NCBI GenBank assembly: GCA_964035545.1
Contig: OZ037771.1
Span: 15,161,289 to 15,225,288 of the forward strand
Direction of reading: 5' to 3'
From: Bugula neritina
Lineage: Eukaryota; Animalia; Bryozoa
Length of the DNA stretch: 64,000 nucleotides
Below, piece by piece: positions 62,854-64,000 of the stretch; the first letter of the stretch is position 1, and each line of letters starts with the position of its first letter. The notes under the pieces are model-generated. The model ran no database searches. It saw nothing but the letters and a program-made list of their open reading frames with translations, and had not been told where the DNA came from. The position numbers and the translations under genes are program-made.

Positions 62854-63239
62854 GACCTCTGGCTCATCTCAGATCAATCCTAACTTCTGTCGCGCGTCCA
62901 TATCGAGGAAAATTCATCTTGACTTTTCTCTGCAAAGTGATTTTAAACAGCCAGCTGTTGTAAAACAGCAAGAAATAACAATTGCTGCTCCACTTAGCAA
63001 TAGTTAGTTGAGAAATAAACATCATAGTTGAAGAAGGGTTAGCCATAAATGAATATTTGATTATCTCATTTACATATAACAATAAAAAGAAACTAAAATA
63101 ATAAGAGTAAAAATAATTTTACAATTTTAGACAACTCACCATTTTGCAAGCTCTACTAGTAGTATAATAGCTGCAAGTTGCTTTTGCAGCTACATAGGTA
63201 TATAGTGTACATGCACAGTAATTATAATTATGACTAACT

Positions 63240-63250
63240 GGATTTTCCCC
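63240..63250 (-). promoter_or_regulatory. kappaB-like site GGGGAAAATCC upstream of the candidate first IAP exon
   Basis: Rel/Dorsal-type motif about 100 bp upstream of the ATG|GTGAGT donor at 63140; IAPs are common NF-kB targets. Confidence 0.35.
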
Positions 63251-64000
63251 AACTGTAGCTGTAGATTCTAAAGCTAGATCTACTTTTATTGTGGGATGAA
63301 CGTGACCAAATCAGAGCAGTGCATAATAGTTGCTAGTAGCTACTCCTAAGGGGTAACAACTTCCTCATTGGAACAACTTGTACTGCAGTAGAAAACATTG
63401 CCCCAAGTTCGCTTATGCACAGTACAGCTTTCAATTTCACCAGTTTTCTAAAGCCGCCTAAAGTTCGTCTCATTGATGAAGTCTACTCACACACCACAGA
63501 GCATTGCTCTCTGCCTTATGTTTAGCATAGAAAAGATGCCTTAGCAGAGAGAATAAAAATACTGTGTTTTTGTACCACTTTCTTGGCTCTACAACAACCT
63601 GTAAAGAAGGAAGCAATACATACGACTGTTTACAAATAGAGCACATAAAGGACTTATAGAAAGACTCAATGTTATTAGTCATTTTAGTATTAGTAAACTG
63701 CACTCAGCTTGCTGCAAGCACTAAAAGTAGTATAAAGCTGTAACTGTCCTCATTTGCTCAGCTCTAAAGCACTCTATGCAGTTTTGAGTTACACAAATAT
63801 CGTGTCACAAACTCCATTGACGAGTTATGGTTATCATAATGATTAAACAATTACTTTTACCACTGCAGTATTACAGTGTATAATTATATTATATGTGGGC
63901 ATGCAGCAAGTGACAGCTTGTGCAATTTATTCATCTGTTGCAAATGCTTTCTTAGAAATGAAATTGAATAAGTACTCACCTTTATTTATGAAACCATTTA

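Overview
AT-rich, intron-rich animal genomic DNA, probably a marine invertebrate; the species cannot be identified from sequence alone. Eight host genes could be assembled by hand from GT-AG exons. For seven, exon lengths and phases were checked throughout; for the first, only the 5' and catalytic exons were checked. (1) A secreted astacin-EGF-CUB-EGF-MAM-EGF-MAM-MAM-MAM protease (minus, 18461-1698). (2-4) Three paralogous secreted Thr/Trp-rich proteins sharing an 'E-W-H' signal-peptide junction (21711-29199). (5) A truncated LAMP paralog with no membrane anchor, whose hinge has become ~66 repeats of an 11-residue Trp/Tyr-rich motif (31529-35778). (6) A 70-aa COPS9/CSNAP homolog not recovered intact by the ORF track (minus, 38341-36315). 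(7) A canonical two-domain LAMP (41569-45981). (8) A 3xBIR-UBA-RING inhibitor of apoptosis (minus, 62853-47771). One IAP intron holds a full-length Gypsy LTR retrotransposon carrying an extra, apparently spliced, zinc-finger gene. Other mobile DNA includes a miniature LTR element family with tRNA-like LTRs (2 full copies, 4 solo LTRs), a hammerhead-ribozyme element, and Harbinger- and Kolobok-type non-autonomous transposons. Many minisatellites are seeded at splice sites. The most novel-looking signals are the secreted Trp-rich cluster including the LAMP-derived repeat protein, the tRNA-LTR TRIM, a long-range duplex over the IAP start codon, and the spliced retrotransposon accessory gene.
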